From Bugula neritina (lineage: Eukaryota; Animalia; Bryozoa), in the NCBI GenBank assembly GCA_964035545.1, contig OZ037768.1, positions 21,311,700 through 21,375,699 of the forward strand: 64,000 nt of DNA, in the 5' to 3' direction. Shown one piece after another: positions 1 through 14,573 of this stretch. Made by a program: the position numbers and the translations under genes. Each line of letters opens with the position of its first letter. Position 1 is the first letter of the stretch. The notes beneath the pieces are model-generated. The model made no database searches. It saw only the letters and a list, made by a program, of their open reading frames with translations, and was not told the origin of the DNA.

Positions 1-220
1 TTAGCGTATTTTGTAAGAAAAACTCTGTGCTTGCTATTTGCATTTTAAAGGCTGCTTGTGCTTGGAGAGGTCAACTATTAAAGATATTAAAAAAATTATT
101 TATATTTATTCAGCTATAAAATTTCAATTTATAACGCAGAATATTGCTAGTAGCTGCATTGTGTGCTTCATATCTGCCAATGATCTCCAACTTAAATCTG
201 TGAATATTTTATATTCGTAG

Positions 221-3200
221 TCGACTTAGTGGCTGATGAGAATGACCCGACAACTGCCATTACATCGTGGAAGTACAACGTTCAGCAGGTGGAGCTTTAC
301 GCTGACAAAGTCAAAATAGGTAACTCTAACATGCATCGTGTGTTGACGCGATGTGCCATCGTATGATATGCTATGGTATCGTATAGTGTGATATGCTATG
401 GTATCGTATAGTGTGATATCATATGGTATTGAATAGTATCGTATGGTGTGATATGATAGGGTATTAAATGGTACCATGTGGTATCATGGTGGTACAATCG
501 ATGATTTGAATCTCCTAAGAGGAAAAATGTTTGTCAGGTTGACTTTATTTGAACAAATTTATAGAGGAACTAGTGGAGCCAGTAGAGAGTGTTGTTGAGG
601 CGAGCCCCTCCCCACCCCCTCCCGATGTGGACAGCTCTGCATCTGAGTTGGAGCCAAGTCTAGCAGAAGAATCACTGGCAGAAATAGAGAAGGAGGATCC
701 TGTAGTAATAGAGATTCCCACACCCCCTATCTCAGTGCCCTCAGCGGAGGAGTGTCTCACACCCCCCTCTCCTGCTGCCCTCATCACTGGTTAGTTGGCT
801 CTACTGTTTCAGCTATTATATACTATTTTATAAACACCATATTATTAGGTACCAAAGTATTAGTACATACACACTATGTTATTATAACTATTTTATAAGT
901 AGATTTTGTAGCCTACTATACTATTAATACATACGCATCACATTATTGTATAATATATACCTAAGTATTAATACATACACACTATATTATTGTATATTAT
1001 ATACTAAATTATTCATGGGCATTTTTTATCTTTAAGTTAAACGGCTAAATATAGCAAAAGCAGAACAAAGCAAAAACATGGTATACATCAAATTTGTAAG
1101 AGTTTGCAAATTTTGAATAACACGAGAATTTATGAAGTCGTTGTTTTAGACCTGCACATAATGCTCTACACTCTATACGCACTATATCTCTCTTAGGAAG
1201 TCACCTATTCCCTCTAACTACTTTATACTATATTATACTTACAGTTTTATTAAATTATAATTATATTCAGCTTTACTGAGCTGAATATGTATGTTGACAG
1301 AATAAACCACTATACTCATATTTAGTAGTTTAAGTTAGCTGCATGATGTCTTTATATAACAATGAACATGTTAGATGAGCTCCAGTGAACTTTTTGGTGA
1401 CACAGATAGTACAATGTTCTTGCATACGACTCTTGTGTTTCAGTAGAGAGCCCTGTCAAGGTCAGCGAGCAAGAGTTCATGGAGGTGCTGACGGAGCAGG
1501 CCAGAGAAATTGCTAAAGCCATTCTGGACGGTAGTTCAGAGGCAGGCGAGGATTTGGCACTCGATGCAAAGGTGACATTCTGTGACGTGTTGTGACATAG
1601 TGTGACACTCTGTTACATGTTGTGACATTCTTTTTATGTCACTTAGCGTGATACTATGTGACATGGTTTGAATTTTTTTAGGATAAAACTGTGTGTGACC
1701 TAATGTGATACAATGCAACATGATACCACAGTGTGTGACATGATACCACAGTGTGTGACATGATTTTGATGTCGCACACTTTAACATAATTTATGATACA
1801 TATTATTATTTTTCATTTAGTGTTCATTTTCTCTTTGTTTAATTGTAGAACTATCTTACAAGTTGGTTTGTGTTTGTAGGCTGCTGCAGAAATGCTTATG
1901 AGCAACTTACCAGATGCTAGCTCGGGCACACCGTCAGCTAGAACACAGTCTAAGATTGGAGATGGAGAGAATGAGGTTTGTTATTCTTTTGTTATGTTAT
2001 TTGAAAGAGGTTTCTTTTTATCTAAACATTTCTTTAAATGATTTGACCAAAATAGCTTTACAACAAAAGATGCTTCTCTAGCAATAATTTTAAAGCTTGT
2101 TTTTTTTATAAATTATTTTTAAGACTCTTAACTAAAAGAGAGTTAAATTTATTTTATTATTCAAATCCAGGTTACTGATCTATAAGTTGTAATTTAATGG
2201 AGCGTCAAGGTGTGAAATAGAACGCACCTTGGAAAGTTTAGACAAAGGGGCTATTTTGCTTTTACTGAAGATGTTTTATCATTCATTCATTTCGGAAAAT
2301 ATTAGCATTTGTCTTCCCATTTTCAGCCGGGCACAAAGCCTCTTTGGAATATGAAACTGGCTTCAGTTAGTATTCTATGGTATTCAGTGTCATTTGAATG
2401 ACGCAGCTGTAACATTATATATGCTTGTGTGGACTGCTGTTATATTATAACTGGTTGCATGGGTTACTAACTCTATAACATGGACAGGAGTTGTGTTATG
2501 GGACAACTATGTAACTTTAAAATTAAATAAAACATTTTTGTGCTTTGATTTTAATCTTCAACACGAAGTCTTTTTTCCAATGAGTTATTTACAGCTGGTT
2601 TTAACTTGTATGAAAAACCAGTTGAGTACTTTTCTATGAAGTACCTCTAGGTATACTTATTCTATATAGCTCCATCATCTATGATATCAAAATATTACTG
2701 GGGCTTGTTTGAGCTAGATCTAATCTGCCTTTTCAGACATGGTTCAACTGTTAAAGTTTTTTTTGGCTAATGGGTTTTTGTAATGTTTAAAGAGATTTAC
2801 TGGACAATTATGTTATTTAAACTTATTTTAAAACATTTTAAATTTTAGAATTATTTAAATAAGTATCCAATCATAAAGACCCATATCTAAATATACAAGT
2901 ATACTGTTTGAATAGTCATTTGTAAATCAGTTTAGACAAGCCTGGCTTATTCGATTAGGCTAGTCAGGTGGTGCAATGTGCTTCTCATTGCTTGGCTAGC
3001 AGATATATTGAAGATTCAGAAAAATAATGTTTTTTCTTCAAAAATATAGTATACTTAAACTCAATATAACACAAAGTACCTGTAATTTATAAGGCTAATT
3101 TTATTGAAGAACTATATTAAATAGAAAGATGTAACATTTTCATGAGGTTAGAGCAGTAGAGTGTTAAGTTGTGTTTAGAAGTCTCTATGCTGCCACTGAT

Positions 3201-6200
3201 TGCTGCCATTTAGAGTTCTCTTACTTCCTGTTTAAAGGGTACGTTGACTGCAGATGATGGCTCTGAGGTGCATGTGGAAGGGGCCACCCTCGGCCAACTC
3301 GTAAAGGAAGGATTAGAAGATTTCGGTAACTCATGCTATTTTCTAATAAGTTCCACAGGCTTTGTTCAGGTTCAATCAGATTTTTGCTGGTTGCTGCCTG
3401 TTAGAAGGTCAGCTACTAAGTCAGCTGTTCGTGGAGATCTTCATACTTCTTGCGGCATATCTTAGAGCTGCTATCTTAGTCCTTTTATTACCTTTGTGTT
3501 TTACACTGTACATTCCGTTATACACCCTCTGTATTAACAACACACTAATTAACAATTCATATTTTACTGTTGAACCTTGTCTGTTTTTTCATTCAACCCC
3601 CATTTTATGTTTCTGTAGTTATTTTACCATGAATATACGTTCTATAGTGAGGTTCTAAAACTGCAATGGCTGAATGAAATGCCGGACTTCTTTTAAACTC
3701 TTTGCTAATATTTGGGAGATTTGAGTCAAATATCCAATATATACAGTTGCTCTTTTAGCTTGTATCAGTTTGTTTTGAAAAAAAACACTCTTGTTTGTAT
3801 GATTAACTGTTCAGAATGATAGATTTGCGCCACCAAACTTTTTTTCATGGGAAGCAACTACTGTTTAGAAACATAAAATTCTGAATTCCATTGTCACTGT
3901 CGACTAATTTATTGATAGATAAATTTAAAAGGCATGAAGAAGTGTAGAACTGTAGAACTATATTCATGGCTTAGTTTAGATACTGTAGTCAATGCTAGAT
4001 GTAGTGTCTTGTAGAGTTGTCCACTTCTGCTATCTTTTAGTCACTCAAATAGATGAGTTAGCGCAGGACACTGCTGTAGAGTCTCCAGCCCGTAGCCCAA
4101 GTGTATACAGCGCACACACTGCTCCAAGTGTGCAGAGCATGCACAGTGTGCCGTCTGCGCAGGGCCACACCCCTTCTGTACAAGGCTACACCCCTTCTGT
4201 ACATGGCCACACCCCTTCTGTACACAGTCACACCCCTTCTGTACAGGGACACACCCCTTCTGTACAGGGACACATCTCTGTAAAATCTTCTAGGCTGAGT
4301 AGTGCTCAACAAGGTATAGTCTTTTATTCACCTTTTATACCTGCATTCTAATACCTTAGACTTCCGTTTGTAAACTTGTAGTTTGTTCTTTTTACCCATC
4401 ACCTTTGTATTCTATGCATGTATGTGTGACGTCTCAGTTGTGAGAGTACAAATAGCATATGTTGGTGTCTTTAGCCAATATCTATATTAAATTACAAAAC
4501 ATAATTTAGTGGCCTTTTATATTTTTTATACCATTTATGTGAGTTGAGATTTCATGAAACCTGATGTGTAGCAAGAATTTTATAACCGCTGTATACCATA
4601 GGTATCTTGCGTTTTTCAGTTTATTGTATATTTTAGAATTTGTCATATAATACAATATAAGGTATATATTGTAATTATATACAGCGCATCTTTTTGAATA
4701 TTTTGTCTGAAATTACATTACAATTACGCTATGCAGTGAATTCAAAGTGTCGTATAATAAAATGTTATTTTCTTGTCTATAGAACTTTATTCTCCTCTAC
4801 CATCTCTAATTGTGTGTTCTGCTGTGTTTTAGATGTTGTATCCAACTCTGTGCAAAGTATAGCACCATCAGTTCCATCTGCTCATCATGATGTAAGTACC
4901 TAACTATAAGTAACTAGTCATTAGTCAGTAGTGACTAGTGACTATTAATTAGTTACTAGTTACTAGTTACTATTAATTAGTTACTAGTTACTAGTGACTT
5001 GTCTTTTTATTTGTTATATTTTATTATCTTTTAGTTGCTAGTTGTGTTATTCATCTAAGGCTTATAATTTTGAATATTTCTAAATTGCTTGAACTTAGTT
5101 GTGTATCTGAAGTTCTTCTCTTCAAAAACTTGTATTATTAGTTACAATTGTATTAATATTATTTGTTTACTCACTCTGTTGCTAACATCTGTAAACACTG
5201 TAGACTCCTTCACCGGCAGTTGCTGCCTCTGTAGCTGATGACTCACTTTCAAAGTCAGCACTTTCTTCTGCTACAACTAAACTAGTAAGGCAGCAGCAAA
5301 CTATTATACGTTTCCTCTTGCTATAGATTTAGTTGCCATATAGTTAAAGTTGTTTAATGTGTAGAAATTTCAATCCTGAAAGCTAAGAAATTGGCTTGGT
5401 GTGAAGCTTGTGACTCTGCCATTAGTTTAATTTGTATTTCAGCTAATCATACTATGGCATGGCATTCAACTAGTTTAGGTACCAGTTTTATGACCAGATT
5501 ATTTCGTAAGAAGCAGTACACAAGGCAAACTATTAGCTAGGAAATACGGTTTTTGCTAAATAAATTAAAGTTTAGTTTTTTTAAAAGCAAGTGTTTTGCT
5601 GTTCACATTGATGTGCAATATGCCTTTTCTGAGCAGTGATGTAGCACTATAAAGTTCTACTTAGAGGTCAGTTTAATTAAAAATGGAATTGACTAGTTTG
5701 CCTTTTTTTCTGTAAATATAAAAGCATATAACTACCTTTCAAATTACAATATAAGAAACATTTTGCACCCATGTATCTGGTAAACTTTTAGTTAGTTTAG
5801 TACTGAATTCTTTGTTTAAGAAATCTGCGAGCACCATCAACAGAGAGCTGGAAAGTGCCATGGCTGCTGCCGCACCTGTAGCTGCTGAAGCAGATAGAGT
5901 TCCTTCAGAGTCTTCTAAGAAAGCTTCTAGTATGTAACAGTGATTCCACTTACTAGCTGCTTCCTTCTTGTCGGTGACTGTAAAGTCTTCACATGTATTC
6001 TCCACTAAATTATCTTCAGTGGAATTCTACTACCAACATTTTGTTTCCATCTAAAACTTTGTCATCACTTGAAGCGTCAGATACTCTGTTTGGACCAATA
6101 TGTTGTTGTGCTCTTGGAAAAATCTATTCTACAATCTGAGAGAATAATATCGTCTAAATGGAATATTATTATTTAACTTTGCACAATGATTTCACATAAT

Positions 6201-9200
6201 GCTGTGCTTTCCTCTGTGGTGTGATTTCTAAACACATGTCTGTATACTAAATATATAATTGGGTAAATTTAAAGCTTTCTAGTGATATAAAAAAAGTAAC
6301 GTTAGCAAAAAACCTTTAATAATTAGTATTTATATACTAAGTCTTTTACTGATCAAAGTTTAGACTGTGAATCCAGAGTATAGAATGTCTGCTTGTAGCC
6401 ACGCCCCCTAAGAAGAGTGCAGGCAAGGTGCAGCATGAGTCAGAGTTTGTAGTTGGGAAAGTAGCCGACAAGACTGAGTTACAGCAGCTGTACGCCCCCA
6501 TCGAATCAGATTCCTCACCGAGTAAAGCCAAGGCTAAACAAGGGAAATGTAAGTCTAATATATGTATATAGTATATAGTAGTCATGTTTTGTCAATCTGT
6601 TGTGTGTGGCTTTACAGTAGCAGCCTTAACTGTATTAAAATCAGATCTTGCAACCTGGTCATAGTGTGTATATAATACACATTATTGGGATGTGGAAAGA
6701 CTGGTGTATAAAGTTAGCTGAGATGGACGAAATAATTTTTTTAGTTTTCTATTGGGAGTTATCATCTCATTGTATATGACAAAATGTTCTGTATGCTAGT
6801 GATGGTACTAACATTTTTGAAAGAGGTTTAGTTCTGTTTCATCTCCATATCTGTGTGTACTAGGCTATTTTTACACAGTGTATAGACATCTTGTATACTA
6901 TATAATACATGTGCTGATGTTGACTGGCGTATGTTTCAAGTGTACCGTGTTAGAAAATTTCCCCGACGGCTGATTTATGGTGTAACCTCCATGTTTGGTG
7001 TCCCCGTGCCTTGGGCCCCCGACCCCAAGGACTACCCTCTGTTTGAGCTCAGTGTTCCTGGTAACTAACAGCTTTCACGTGTGAACTGACCTTTGGCTTC
7101 ATGCACTGATGTTACGCTCTACCACTAGACTTGCTTCACTTGTACAGCTGCATCACACTGGCTTTACTACTCATATATAGTACTCTGCACGTTCAGTTAT
7201 ACACTCGTATATTATAGGTTTATCTGCACTTTCTGCACAAGTCTGGTGTGGCATGTTGTGGCATTTTGCAGAAATTCTTTTACAAATCTAAACCTCAATC
7301 AAGCATTCAGTAGCTGTTAGAGACACCCTTTCGTATCGTACACTTGCTCTGTAATCTTCTTCAGTTGTATTTCTAACCTGAGTATCTCCCTGTCGCTTTG
7401 ATAACACTTACTGTGCTGTGTATGTGTTTAATGAATGCTTGTAGCTAGTCTATTTATTTTCCTTTTAGCCAAGTCAATAGTGCCGAAGCCTGCGCCCAAA
7501 AAGGAAGCTCCGAAAAAGGTGGAGAAGCCACCTGCTAAAAAGCCAATCAAAAAGGCAGCGAAGAAGAAGCCCGCCAAGGCTGGTAAGGCAGCAGCCGAGT
7601 CAGCAACTGAGACGGAGGCATCAGCCAGACAGGTGGGTGTCACGCTGTTTACTACTCAGTCTCTCCTGTCCCGTGTTGTGTGTGTGACAGAGCTAGTGTA
7701 GTGTAGACTTAGATCTATAGTGTACTGATAGTAGTTTGGTATAGAAAAGTATAACTGGTTTAGATCAACTTAAATCTTTTTGTTAGCAAATAAAACGAAA
7801 TTATATGATTAATTTGAATTGAAAAATTCAAGCAATCAAACTTTGAACTGGTTCAGAAAATGCTGCCAAGTTGAGTGAAAACCTCTTTTGCTATGAGCTG
7901 TTAGATGGTAGCAGATTGAATATCCTGTTTATTAAAAACTCTGTTAGCTTGAGTCTCCATTCCTGTGGGAGAGCCCCTGATGGCAAGCGAGTGGCTAAGG
8001 ACTACGTCTCTCACCATGCTATCAACATAGTGTGAGGGCCTCTGCTTGTAGCACAGAAAGCTTTTTCTGTCATCACTAATGTAGGACGACACACCAGCTT
8101 CTCACCACTAGACCATGGCTGCTGCTCATTAAACTTTGTGAAAATGAATTCGGAATGTTTCTAAACTTGTAGAAATAGATTGTAGTCATTGAAGTATTTA
8201 GTTTATCTTAGCTTCTTGACTGTAATCGAATATTATTTCCTTCCGAGGCATATAGTTTGGTAGTATTCTAATGTGAGATATGCTGTGAGATGGTATAAGG
8301 GTCACGTATACTGTGATACTATATATAATGATAACCTCTTCACCTTCATGCTGTGATATTTAAGAGCCCAGTAGTTGTTCCTCCAAAGGAACCCACTCCT
8401 CCCCCTGAGCCGGAGCCAGAGCCTGAGCCCGAGGAGTGGAAGGTAACAGAGTGTTGGTTCTCGGGCTACCTGCTAATAACTGCATGAATGAATTGATACT
8501 AACCATTTCCTTCCATTCTTACCAACTTAACTATATGAAGTGTGGTTTATGATGCTCGGCAACAACATTGCGCAACACAGTTGTTGATGTTTATAAATAC
8601 ATCTTTGCATATGCTTTTGAAACTAACATTGAATCACATCTTAGATACTGTCATGTATTCTAGTGGGTATGTGTCTATCATGGTCAGCATTTCTGGGAGA
8701 ATAATTTGTGTGTAAAATTTTGACATAATGACACCTTGTATTACTACATCTACATTCTCTCACTCTACTACATATACATCATCCCACTCTGACACCTTGT
8801 ATTACTACATCTACATTCTCTCACGCTGACACCTTGTATTACTACATATACATAGTCTCACTCTGACACCTTGTATTACTACATCTACATTGTCTCACTC
8901 TCAAACTTTGTATTACTACATCTAAATAGTTTCAATCACACCTTGTATTACTACATCTACATCGTCTTACTCTGACACCTTGTATTACTATGTTTACATA
9001 GTCTCTCTCTGACACCTTGTATTACTACATCTACATAGTCTCTCTCTGACACCTTGTATTACTACATCTACATAGTCTCTCTCTGACACCTTGTATTACT
9101 ACATCTACATAGTCTCACTCTGACACCTTGTATTACTACATCTACATAGTCTCTCTCTGACACCTTGTATTACCACATCTACATCGTCTCACTCTGACAC

Positions 9201-12200
9201 CTTGTATTACCACATCTACATTGTCTCACTCTGACACCTTGTATTACTACATCTACATAGTCTCACTCTGACACCTTGTATTACTACATCTACATTCTCT
9301 CACGCTGACACCTTGTATTACTACATCTACATTCTCTCACTCTGACACCTTGTATTACTACATCTATCTAGTCTTTCTCTGACACCTTGTATTACCACAT
9401 CTACATCGTCTCACTCTGACACCTTGTATTACCACATCTACATTGTCTCACTCTGACACCTTGTATTACTACATCTACATAGTCTCACTCTGACACCTTG
9501 TATTATTACATCTACATTCTCTCACGCTGACACCTTGTATTACTACATCTACATTGTCTCACTCTCAAACTTTGTATTACTACATCTAAATAGTTTCAAT
9601 CACACCTTGTATTACTACATCTACATAGTCTCTCTCTGACACCTTGTATTACTACATCTACATAGTCTCTCTCTGACACCTTGTATTACCACATATACAT
9701 CTTCTCACTCCGACACCTTGTATTACTACATCTACATTCTCTCACGCTGACACCTTGTATTACTACATCTACATTCTCTCATGCTGACACCTTGTATTAC
9801 TAGATCTACATAGTCTCACTCTGACACCTTGTATTACTACATCTACATTCTCTCACGCTGACACCTTGTATTACTACATCTACATAGTCTCACTCTGACA
9901 CCTTGTATTACTACATATACATCGTCTCACGCTGACACCTTGTATTACTACATATACATAGTGTCACATGTTGTGTTTCCAGCCAGGATATTATATTTCT
10001 GATAGACTATACAGCAGCTGGCGTGTTGCTGTGTCGCCGGTATGCCTTTATACTCTCGCACATGGCTCTACTTGCTCATCAATACTGCTATGTATTGCAG
10101 TACATCCTGTCTTATCTATATATATAATCTTTAACTTCTTTCTCCCTTTCCACGTTTTATATTTAATATGTGCACAACTTCCTTTTCGTGAACACATGAT
10201 GTTTTACTAGACTTGAGCATTATCCATAACTCTAACAGCTGTAGCTTCACGCTGTGTCAATAAACATTCAACGTTGAAGGAATAAATTTGTGTTGAATTG
10301 AGTAACTCTAAATTGTGTTTTTGTCAATCAGCTTTCAACTCTTAAATAGGTTTTTGGTGAATAAAGCATGCATCAAGACTTTAAGCAACATGTGAAACTT
10401 CTAGTAGGAAATTTTTATAAATTATTTTATTATACAGAAGGTAAGTTGTTTTCTAACATATGAAATAACCATATTGTCTTTTGATTTCAAAATATTAGCC
10501 GAACTATGTTTATTTATTGTCAGCAACTACTGATGATGTCATATCCTTTGGTTCTGTTTCCAGACTCCAGAGCCCGAGGAAGAACCTGACATTGAGTTTG
10601 TCATCGTACGGGATGAGTTCTCGGATGAGGAAGATAAAGAAGAGGAGAAGCCGCAGCTGGGCTCAGTGAAGTCACTGAATTTCGGCTCCAGCAGTCCCGG
10701 ACCTTCGATTACTGACTCTAGTAACCTGGATGAAGAGGTGCAAATCATGCTTTCACTTTCACTTTGACATGTAGTATAACTGATTGTTGGCAATTGATTA
10801 TTCCAAGAGTGAAGTGCGAAATTCAGAAAGATTTTGCTGTTGATATTTATTTTAATCATGTTTTAGAGTGCAATATATTGATATTCAACATCTACCCATC
10901 AATTATTTCAATCAAGTAGTATTTTAAGCCTCATAAGCAGGGATCTTAATGGCTTTGTTCTATTTTGCAGAAATTTAAAGTTGAGGTACAGGAGTAATTC
11001 ACTCACATTTGTCACAATATTTTTTGATTACAATTATGTTCTACATTTCACCTACCCAGTTAGACTAACTGAAGTTTATATATTTGTAAGCACCATTTTT
11101 GTGTAACACAATCTTGCATTTAACTTTGCGTCATTTCACTGAGTCGTTAACATATGTGTTTATTTAGTTTGACTATTCAACAGAAGACGAGGTTTGTATT
11201 CGAATGCCTAGAGCTGCGCTGATCAGTCTAATATTGTTAGGGCTGTGATGACTTCTCATATTTACTTAGTTATCACTTCACCACACGGTTTGTAGGAGTA
11301 GTCAGCGCTGCCAGATATGACTCATCAGCTCAGCTCTGTGTTCTGTGTGCTCACTCCCATCATGAGTTGGACATGTGCTTTTACCTTGAATGATGTTTTT
11401 GCAAGAAAAAACTTTTGTTGAATTCATTTTCAAACTTTTTGAGAGTTGCCTTCTTTTTCAGCAGCGTTACGGTTTGTCAATAAAATTTTAAATTAATTAA
11501 GCTTCCCGTAATTTGAACAGCAAATTATGTAATATTATATAAATATCACAATTTTTTAATTACCAAGTATGACAGTTGGATTTCGTTTTAAACAATAGCA
11601 TTCTTAGTGATTCCATGTCTCATCTTTGAAAAAAAGACAACTCTCAATAATTTTTGAATCAAAATGTTTTATGTGTAAGTTGCCTGTTCAACAGCTGCTT
11701 CTAATGACTACATAAATTGATCACATGGCTGCAGCTAGCATATGTCACATGACGTAGTCACATGACGTAGTCACATGACCTAGTCACATGACGTAGTCAC
11801 ATGACGTAGTCACATGACCTAGTCACATGACGTAGTCACATGACGTAGTCACATGACCTAACTGCTGGTATAACTCACTCTGCGACAGGCCTACTACTAA
11901 ATGTTTTGTTTTGCTCTGTTGTAACATGTAACATCAATACAAGCATAGCCGCCTACTCTGTACGTGGTCGCAATGTGATATTGTTTACCAGAATCAACCA
12001 TTCTATTGTATACTCTACTTTCTGAATGTAAAAGGAATTGCTTACACCTGAACTGTCTCCCAAAGCGCTTTATTTGTGTGAAGCAATTTATTGAGTGTTT
12101 GTTGACATACGTAGAGCGATGATGTCACATGTCTTGCTCTTTATTCAGTGCTTCGAACACCGCCATCTGTACATCAGTGTTTCTACAGGCTGTTTTATGA

Positions 12201-14573
12201 AGTCTAAAGTGTTTAAAATTATAAAACTGAAGTTTTCAAGTATGTTAATGACTGGCAAAATATGCAATATGCATACAGGTCTATATAATCGGGAATTGTT
12301 GCTTGTCCCGTAATAATTTACTGTTTGGTTGCCGCAACAGGAAAGCATTCCTGGATTATCGAATCGCGATGCTCAGGCAGCCAAAAGAGCCGCTGCTAAG
12401 GAAAGACGTCGTAAGGAGGTAGAACGACGCAGACGTGAGCGAGAAGAAGCCATTAAGAAGGAGAAAGAAGATGCTGAGAGGAAAGAGAGGATTCGATTAC
12501 AGATGGAAGAGGAGAGAGCTCGTAGGTGGGTGTTGTATACTGTACAGGTGTGTATACTGTACTGTTGTATACTGTACTGGTGTGTATACTGTACTGTTGT
12601 GTATACTGTACAGGTGTATATACTGTACAGGTGTGTATACTGTACAGGTGTGTATACTGTATAGGTGTTGTATATTGTACAGGTGTGTATACTGTACAGG
12701 TGTATATACTGTACAGGTGTTGATTACTGTACAGGTGCGTGCTGGTCACCACACAGTATGATAAATACTTTCAACTATTCAAAAAATAAACTCAAAACTA
12801 AAAGTTTTGTTGTGAGCGAAGATTGTTCTAGAATTTTATGCAAGATGATAAAATTATTTTCAACTATAGTAGGCCTATATAGTAACTGTATAATGTGAGG
12901 TGTTTGTTGACATTGTTCAAGTTGCAAACAGCATATATGAAAAGTGTCATAATAATTTTGAAGAACAGCTTTTCTACATTGTTGTAAATATTTTTGTTGT
13001 AAGATTTGTAGATTTGTCATATCCTAAACATCTCCATGTAATATATTACACAGAGTTTATCATTTATAGTTTTGAGACTTGGACAATGTTACTGTGAGGA
13101 TGCAGTAAACTTCTATGACTGCTGCTATAACAATAGATGATTGTAGCACAATGGTGTTGGCAGTTATACATATGTTTATATTATATGTTGATAATATTAT
13201 CAGAGAGGAAGAAATTAGGCTAAAAAAGGAAAGAGAAAGGGAAGAGAAGGAACGGTTGGAAAGAGAGGAAGAAATGAAGCTGAAGGCGCAGAAGGATGCT
13301 CAAGAGCGGGAACGCAGACGACAAGAGGAAATGGCGAAATACCTGGAGGAGAAGAGACAACGGGCCATGGAAGAGGAACGTCGTCGTAAAGGTGACTATA
13401 TGACACAATCCTTCCTCGTACACAAGAGAGCATGTGTAACAGTTGATATTTGGCGGTGTTTATTATATGCTATTAGTTGGCGTGTGTAGGGTAAATTCTG
13501 TGAAATATGAGCTTGGTATTGTAGAGTTACTGTTGGCAATAGTTAAGTATAGGTTTGGTATTGTAGAGTTACTGTTGGCAATAGTTAAGTATAGGTTTGG
13601 TATTGTAGAGTTACTGTTGGCAATAGTTAAGTATAGGTTTGATATTGTAGAGTTACTGTGGGCAATAGTTAAGCATAGGTTTGGTATTGTAGAGTTACAA
13701 GCTCTGAAAGACGCCGAAGAAGCTGAACGACTAAGGCTGGAGGAGGAAATGCTTCAAGCAATGGCGGAGGAAGAGAGAGCTGAGTTTCTGCGACGTAAAG
13801 CAGAAGAGGAAAGACTGCAGAAGATTGCCGAAGAAGAAGCAAGGTTTGTGCTGGAATATTATTCTTTATGTTTGGACACTTTCCAAGTCTGAATGATATG
13901 GAATCACTGTGTATTCATATTAAGGAGTTGCTTCCCTTTGGTATTTCTATTGCCTATGGTCTACTGTGTGATCAGCTTTCTAGCAACTTAGAGTTTTAAG
14001 TTTTGGCTAAATTTTATACATTATATACTTGGTTTAAGGAAATTACTTTTTGTTAAGATCTTTATTAGATATTATCTCATTTGAATATTTTACTTTTTCA
14101 CTCTGTAGAATGCAAATTTCTTGTTTTTGCATTATAATTTCGAAATTAAAAAGTTTTTCAGTCTTTTTAATTTTTAAAATTTAATGCCTGAAAATTTTTT
14201 ACTTCATTTTTAACAAAATATGTCTAAATGACCAAATGTTTAAGTTGTCTCCCCTTTACTTGTCAGGATCAAGAGAGAAGCTGAGGCGAAGAGGCTGTGG
14301 GAAGCTCTACAGTTACAGGAAGCTGAGAAAAGAAAAGCAGAAGAACTTCTGCGTCAGCGTCTTTTATTTCAGAGAAGCCTCAACGTCGAGTCCCACGGGA
14401 TGGACCATTCTCAGGACATTACGAGAGCTTTCGTCTTCTCATATTACGAGTTACTCAAGTGGTTGGGTTACGAGATACCAGCCTGGGCTCAGTACGGCCC
14501 AACTTTACCTTCTAACTATAACGTCACTAATCCCGACTTCACTAATCAGTCTGTGCATCAGCCAAAACATTAG
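221..14573 (+). CDS. KIAA2012: 3' portion of a multi-exon gene for a Pro/Ser/Glu-rich protein with a C-terminal E/R/K coiled coil; probable KIAA2012 (DUF4670) homolog; 5' end lies upstream of the window
   Basis: GT-AG exons at approx. 221-319, 565-789, 1444-1571, 1880-1975, 3238-3325, 4041-4313, 4833-4891, 5204-5285, ~5820-5930, ~6370-6548, 6941-7060, 7469-7632, 8365-8441, 10564-10737, ~12340-12525, ~13204-13391, 13693-13843, 14267-14573 (TAG). Internal boundaries are approximate. The last exon reads RIKREAEAKRLWEALQ...ESHGMDHSQDITRAFVFSYYELLKWLG, resembling the KIAA2012 C-terminal SQxIxRxxVxSYF/Y motif as recalled from memory. Confidence 0.65.
4163..4272 (+). repeat. Exonic 21-bp tandem repeat encoding (G/S)(H/Y)TPSV(Q/H) x~5
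   Basis: Repeated cacaccccttctgtaca units inside ORF 3992-4351. Confidence 0.9.
8729..9965. repeat. Intronic 37-bp minisatellite, ~33 copies
   Basis: Unit CTGACACCTTGTATTACTACATCTACATAGTCTCACT with period 37 (e.g. 9011 to 9048). Confidence 0.95.
11744..11860. repeat. 13-bp tandem repeat GTCACATGAC(G/C)TA x9 with a 39-bp higher-order unit
   Basis: Unit endings run GTA,GTA,CTA three times. Confidence 0.95.
12526..12737. repeat. ~17-bp minisatellite starting at a splice donor
   Basis: Units of GTGTGTATACTGTACAG and variants immediately after the exon ending ...GCTCGTAG. Confidence 0.9.
13515..13698 (+). repeat. 42-bp tandem repeat (~4.4 units) duplicating a splice acceptor
   Basis: TTGTAG|AGTTAC recurs at 13525, 13567, 13609, 13651 and 13693. 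Confidence 0.9.

Noticed and set aside
8729-9965. 37-bp repeat array of CRISPR-like unit length
   Set aside because: Units are contiguous with no unique spacers, there are no cas genes, and the context is a eukaryotic intron
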